A stretch of 55,357 nt of DNA, the filler included, from Sluysia triapertura (Eukaryota), in assembly GCA_046118255.1 (NCBI GenBank). It is 4 parts of 4 records of this genome, joined end to end, with 100 filler letters (N's around TTAATTAATTAA, not from the genome) between each part and the next. Parts side by side here need not be neighbours in the genome. Positions count along the whole stretch, not along the records: positions 41,785 to 55,357 come from JBJNIA010031825.1; 3 more parts are not named here. One strand, 5' to 3'. A program made the position numbers and the translations under genes. Below are positions 49,901-55,357 of the stretch, piece after piece. The stretch's first letter is position 1. Each line of letters opens with the position of its first letter. Below the pieces are notes generated by a model that was given only the letters and a program-made list of their open reading frames with translations, was not told the DNA's origin and searched no databases.

Positions 49901-52900
49901 TAATAAATGAATTCGTTTCTAATTCCAGATGTAGCTAAATATGAGTCTATTGCCAATTCAATAAAAGAATTGAAAAAGAACATAAATAATGATAAATCAC
50001 ACTTAACAAAACTACTGAACCTGTCACAAGACTACAGAAATCACCAAGAACATTTAACGAAAGACTTGTATGAATTAAAAGAAGTAATTAGTAGAAATAT
50101 CCCGGAAGAAATGTCACTGAAGGCTTTTGAAATGAATAAAGCAAAGGTTAGAAAATTGGAATATTTAATCTTTTGATATTTACTCAGGTTTGTGATAGGT
50201 CGTTTCTTTTTTATTTTATTTATCGTCGTTGTTTTGATATCTTAATAAAATATTTAAACAACAATTTGAATTGATAATATATTGTTATATCTGACCAATG
50301 TAACAAATACAGTGCCATTTCATTTGATTAGAAGGAAGGAATCAAAATATCGCATGCATACATTCTACAATTGGCAGGTAAATTAAAATACAGTGGATCA
50401 CCATATAATGAGATCGTTATTATGTGTTTTAACGTGTTATAAGAACACAAACATACAAACAAAGAACAATAAAAATGGATGTCGAATAATAATAAAATTA
50501 AAATTTGAGCGTTATATGAGGTTTGTCGCAATTTTATCATCGTGTTATACGGGGATCCACTGTATTAGTAGTGCCTGGAACATGCTTTTTCTAAAAATCA
50601 ATTTTCTTGCAATAAACAAGTTTTGTTTGTACGATATACTGTGAAACAGTCGCACAATGTTTTCCTCACAGTATTTCGAAAACTTTTTTAATTGGTTCTT
50701 TCTTGAAGTCTTTATCGAATTTCGTATTTCGGAAAGGCAGTTTGTATTGAAGAGAGAAAGACTATTCTAATTTTTTATCCTTTTCTTTAAGGCAGAATAG
50801 TTTATTATTCTAGGAAATACTACTTGTTTGGTATTAAATGAAAGCTCTTTGATTTGATTTCTGAAAAATTCCTATCATCTTTACCAAACTACCAGATAGG
50901 CATCCCATCCTGAAAAGATTAATAAAACTTATCTGAAATTAAGATTCAAGAAGTACTAGAAGAACTATGTGAAAAGGACAATCAATTCCAAACTATTTTG
51001 AAAAAAGGACAACGCTTATTAGAAATAGCACAAAATCCTACAGAAGAATCCCTAGATCTTGATTATGAACACGAAGAATTGCAAAAGAATTTAGATGAAT
51101 TGAAAGATGAAGCTCATGATCAACTGAACCAATTAGAACAGCAATACGAATTGATGAAAAAATTAGACGAATTACAAACAGAAGTCAACGAATGGTTGAT
51201 TGAACAGAACGAACGATTAGTGGCACTGGGTCCATTACCAACAGAAACTAATCCAGTGTTAAATCAAATGGCAGAAACAAGACAGATTCGACAAGATATT
51301 GAACCGAAACACAGTCGAATAGAAGAAATTAATCAAATAGCTTATCAAATTGGTAAGTTTATTAAATTTTTGCTTGTTTTTGTTTCTAAATATAATTAAA
51401 TAAATAAATAATAAATTATCCAATAAAATGTTTTTAAGTATACATAATAAATAGATAATTTATTTACTGCTTTTTGTTTATTCAATAATATTTCTTAAAT
51501 AATTCGAGCATTGAGCACGGTTGGCCCAAAAATAATTTAAATAATTTATTTACAAAATTAAATAATAAATAAATAAATATAAATTATAAACAAATTGTTT
51601 CATAAATTATATAGCACTAAATGTATTGTATATATGTATTTTGTAATCAAATATTTACTGAACTATTAGAAAGACAAACTAGTGGCGAATACTTAGAGAG
51701 ATCCGTTGAAAATAAAACTTCATTTAAAGCCTCGACTAAGTTGAAGAATTTACTAGCTAATACTTCTGTTGAAGTTGGCAATGACGTTGATAAACATTGT
51801 AAGCTTCAAGAAGATTTTTGAGGGCTTATTATACCTATAAATAATTCGAAATATTATGGTGAATGATTTATGATATGAGCGCAATATAAATTAATATATT
51901 ATTATTGTTATATTTGGAATTTTATTAGCATAAGTTTTATATTTGAAGATTTAGATTTTGTATTTATACCATTCAAAGTTACCCATTTCGTGGTTATGAG
52001 TTTAAATGTTATTTTAGCCTTTTTCATAGCATTGATGCTAAAAAAATACAGTAAATAAATGTAAAGATAAATTATGTTTTGTTCTTGCTTAACTCTTTGA
52101 GGCATGGTGGGATTAAAAGTGTCCCACTTTTTTAGTTACAAATAATGCACGGTGGGATATTTTCTATACCTTCTTGAAAAATTTAAATTCCTACTAGAAC
52201 AGCGGTTTAATATTGCAAAAAAAATATTCTTAAAATCATTTTAAAAATATTCTTGTGCAACATGAGTCTTTTTATTTTCTAAAATTCCGTGCTTCAAAGA
52301 GTTAATACTTAATAGACTTGTGTACCATTCAATATAAAGGATGGTAAATATACAGGATCTTCCAAAAGTAACCGAACCCAAACTTAAATAAAAATTAGAT
52401 ATCAAAAAAGGCAAATCTTATTTCTTCGTTTATGTCATTTTATGTTATCTACGCGACTATTCATTTCTTTCTGTGAATCACTTTTGTTCTGACGTCATTG
52501 TTTGATTTTGGTGCACTTCTGGACCCTCATTCTTAAAATTGCAGCGACTGTATCTTCGTTACTAAGGATTACTAAAGATCACAGATTATAATAAAAAGTC
52601 TAGGACAAATGATCAACGAATAGAACCAAATTTCAGAGGAAACTTCTCAGAAACTTCTCAATGTTGTCAAAAGATTTCGTGAAGTTCAAGGTGAACATTT
52701 TAAACATTTGTAAATACTAAATATACCTACTAAATTTGTCGTTTTTGATATCTAATTTTTATTTAAGTTTGCGGCTTTTGGGACACCTTGTATGTAGCAC
52801 ACGTGTAATAAATTGAGGATCCTTATTGATTAGAAATATGAATATGCAGAAAAACACACTTGGAATTGAACATAAATGTTTAATAACTATAACGTGCTTC

Positions 52901-53513
52901 ATGCTAGAAAGTAAATACGGTCGGTGTTGCTAAATGTAAGTATAAAGCACTAGTATTATATCGAGAAAGGATTATTAATTTAAATATCGATCGTATTGAA
53001 ATGGTTAAATATAATATAATATAGAAATAGTGTGCATTACACACAAAGGCAGTGTACGTAAATGTTTATAATAAAAATGGTTTTATCGATGTTGTAAAAG
53101 AGGAAGTATTTGAAATTTAAATTAAACTTATCAAAATTTAAGATAACTAAAAATATATAAAATGGAAATTCAAAAAACATAATATAAAATAAAAATCTAC
53201 ACGAAAATGGATTTTTATTGTTAGCATTATTGCTATTATTATTATAGGTATAATGAGAGGCCAAAATAACAACCAACTGAAAAAAGAAATCGATAAACGT
53301 TTATCTGAAATCAATGAAAGTTGGGAAAGGTTATTGGATAGTATTGGACAACGTCAACACCATTTACAATGCGTTTTATTAAGCTTAGGTGAGTTTCATC
53401 GCGCAGTTGACGAATTTATTGCCTGGATTCTTCGTGCCGATAATAGTTTGATTAATATTGAAGTTAAGTATGGCGATACAGCTGCATTGGAAATTGGTTT
53501 GGCTCTTCATAAG
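42228..53513 (+). CDS. Spectraplakin (MACF1/dystonin/Short stop-like), internal spectrin-repeat exons: 42228-43191, 43416-43739, 43927-44011, 45082-46196, 46236-46491, 49929-50146, 50944-51352, 53248-53513; partial at both ends
   Basis: All eight exons have AG/GT boundaries with compatible phases and no stops, and encode spectrin-repeat W/L heptads. The last exon RQHHLQCVLLSLGEFHRAVDEFIAWI...GDTAALEIGLALHK matches MACF1/Shot RQHKLEGALLALGQFQHAL.EL..WL...GDPKVIEVELAKH. Confidence 0.88.
43883..43923. repeat. (TAT)n microsatellite directly before a splice acceptor
   Basis: The TAT run ends at ATTCAG (43926), the acceptor of exon 43927. Confidence 0.9.
47471..47995. mobile_element. pogo/Tc2-like non-autonomous DNA transposon
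   Basis: TA-flanked. Left CAGTGTTTCCCCGAAAATAAGAC matches the reverse complement of the right end, CCGTATTTTATCCAAAATATGAC, at 16/23. Subterminal AAAATAAG(A/C)C repeats are present. Confidence 0.6.
49224..49889 (-). mobile_element. Deleted IS630-Tc1-mariner element (DD41D/rosa-like)
   Basis: From ATG 49723 (-): MQLRTLDLNERIFVSKNYYARTTYKYVEERWDANFRTPVQSKSTMFNLVSKF*, later HLLHALNEDDSDKRL*FCENF. Long subterminal IRs AAATAAAAATTAGATATC. Homologous to 52353-52790. Confidence 0.8.
50391..50562. mobile_element. Tigger/pogo-like MITE
   Basis: TA|CAGTGGATCACCATATAATGAGA ... TCGTGTTATACGGGGATCCACTG|TA, i.e. imperfect 23-bp TIRs with a TA TSD. Confidence 0.8.
51650..51910 (+). mobile_element. 3' end of a CR1/L2-clade LINE, same family as 4633-4960
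   Basis: Shares AAATATTAT(G/T)GTGAATGATT and GATATGAG(C/T)GCAATATAAATTAATA plus a TAT tail with the 4.7-kb copy. Confidence 0.6.
52093..52301. mobile_element. piggyBac-like MITE, TTAA TSD
   Basis: TTAA|CTCTTTGAGGCATGG ... CCGTGCTTCAAAGAG|TTAA (13/15 TIR match). Confidence 0.88.
52353..52790 (+). mobile_element. Second, more deleted copy of the DD41D-like mariner element
   Basis: TA|CAGGATCTTCCAAAAG ... CTTTTGGGACACCTTG|TA, with a perfect 29-bp internal IR AAACTTAAATAAAAATTAGATATCAAAAA and the transposase C-terminus NVVKRFREVQGEHFKHL*. Confidence 0.82.
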
Positions 53514-53841
53514 GTTATAATTACTATTGATAAAAAATTTCTTAAATATTTTATAAACAATTATTTACTGACAATAATCAGTAAGCTATCGTTTGATAAA
53601 TTTAGATTATAAATCGTGACAAAGAACGAAATGATATTTTATTTCTGTGTTTAAATCGAGAATTTGGTAAAATTCAAGCTAAAGTCTGTTTTTTTAAATT
53701 GATTTTTAGTTTTAAGTTGGTTTTGGTTTATTTTCCTATACAAATTTGGTTTATTATTTTCAATAAATCTTTAAATATTTCGAAGTAATACAATGAGTTA
53801 TGTATAAGTTTATTGTTCGAAATGATATTAATTTTCATTCA

Positions 53842-53890
<49 letters not shown>
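53842..53890. repeat. (ATT)n microsatellite
   Basis: Read directly. Confidence 0.92.
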
Positions 53891-53891
<1 letters not shown>

Positions 53892-55286
53892 ATGCATGAC
53901 AGTCTATATTTGACATGCAACCTTTTTAAAATGCTATTTAATTATTACTATTTATTTTGTTGCATGCCATTGTTCCATATATTATCTATTATTTAATTCA
54001 TAAATTAATTTTACATTGAATTAATTTTATTATCAATCAAATTTTTATAACTAAATTAAGTTTTTATTATTAACTTCATTATAAATCTAGAAATGACAAA
54101 TAATTTTATTTGTAAGTTTTTGTAATTCAACAAATATATGTACGTACTGTTGCGCTTATGAATAAGAACATTATTATTATTTTTATTATTAGTATTATTA
54201 TTATTACACATTCATAAGATTTCACAATTAATTTAAGTTTATATAATTGCATGGCATAAGGATAATTAATTAATTACTGGTACTTGAAAATATCTGCGAA
54301 ATTCGTTTTTATTTTAAACCTTTTTAATATACGAAAGCACTGGAAAAATTTTTCACTATGAATTAGTTACATTTATTTTTACAAAATATCTGGAGGTTAT
54401 GTCTTCCTAATAAGCACGGTTTATATCAACGTGGATAATATCTTAGTAGGGTTGTTGTATATTATTCGTCAGATAGTAATCTCGATGTATCACCTGTACA
54501 TTTACGTAGTGGTTTATTTAGTTTATTTTATAATTTAAACTAGCTGTTACAGTTTTATTTAAACATAATATAACAAACTTACATTCATGGAAAATACATT
54601 GTTGCGAGATTATTGTTTGAATTGTGCTTCTCCTAAATTTCACTATTTACAGTAAAACTTATTGGATTAGAGAAACAAAACAAATTATTTAAAAATATAA
54701 ATTTTATTTCAGTAAAATAAAAATAAAAATTTTTAAAAGTGTAACTTTAAATATTAATTTCTAAATTTCATTGATTCTAAAACTTTTATTTTATTTATTA
54801 TATTTTAATTTACTAATTTAAATTCTAAAATTAGTATAACATTAAATTTTATTTTAACTTTAAACTCACGCATTATAAAATTATTACCTTCTTTTGTTTG
54901 ATATTGCTATATAATTTAAAATATTTTGTGATATTTTATTCCATTTCAAAAGTTCGATTTTTGTTATCTTTTTATGTTAATTATATTTTAACTGTTTGTT
55001 TATTGTGAAAACAATAACTTGGTAAAACTTTATCTAATATATGCAAAATATAAATAAAAATATTTACATTTATCTCACACTCGCTATATTGCAGTTTGCT
55101 AAGCACATTTGTCTCAGTAATCAGTAGCAGTTCACAGTACTAAATCAAAGGCGAAAAAATTGTCAAACCAATGTTAATAAATCTTCTACTTCATAGTCTG
55201 CTGATATGATTAATGACTGATGTGATTAATTAATTTTACAATATATTCTTTTTATCGTTAACAAAGGACTATTAATAATGGCTTAA

Positions 55287-55357
55287 CTCTTTGAGGCATG
55301 GTGGGATTAAAAGTGTCCCACTTTTTTAGTTACAAATAATGCACGGTGGGATATTTT
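55287..55357. mobile_element. Second copy of the piggyBac-like MITE, truncated by the window end
   Basis: TTAA followed by 71 nt identical to the start of 52093-52301. Confidence 0.9.

Noticed and set aside
51621-51821. Additional spectraplakin exon
   Set aside because: The flanking exons already join in phase, and the segment is better explained as a LINE 3' end.

Overview
This is very AT-rich, intron-containing eukaryotic DNA, most likely from an invertebrate animal, since it encodes a spectraplakin. It comes from a draft assembly: four contigs are joined by artificial 100-bp N44-TTAATTAATTAA-N44 linkers at 13070, 29028 and 41685. Apparently intact host genes are eight phase-compatible exons of a MACF1/dystonin/Shot-type spectraplakin (42228-53513, +), the last exon of a very divergent alpha-tubulin with a ~100-aa acidic tail (19551-20233, +), and exons of an unidentified Ser/Thr/Gln-rich gene (37330-39388, -). 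The rest is mostly decayed genes (DEAD-box helicase, VPS9/Rabex-5, possible SWIB) and transposon relics: a NeSL/Utopia-like RLE non-LTR element, Ty3/gypsy, CR1/L2 tails, hAT, DD41D-like mariner, pogo-like and piggyBac-like MITEs, and a possible Helitron. The most unusual structure is a twice-occurring module at about 1-1700 and 5555-7900. Each copy has a (TAT)n tract, a conserved pair of hairpins / ATTGG-N4-CCAAT palindromes, an unrelated 'cargo' segment (DEAD-box helicase in one, 39-aa Asn/Asp repeats in the other), and a shared atypical C-x9-C-x6-C-x3-H zinc finger at the 3' end. All family assignments are from motif recognition by eye; no database searches were run.
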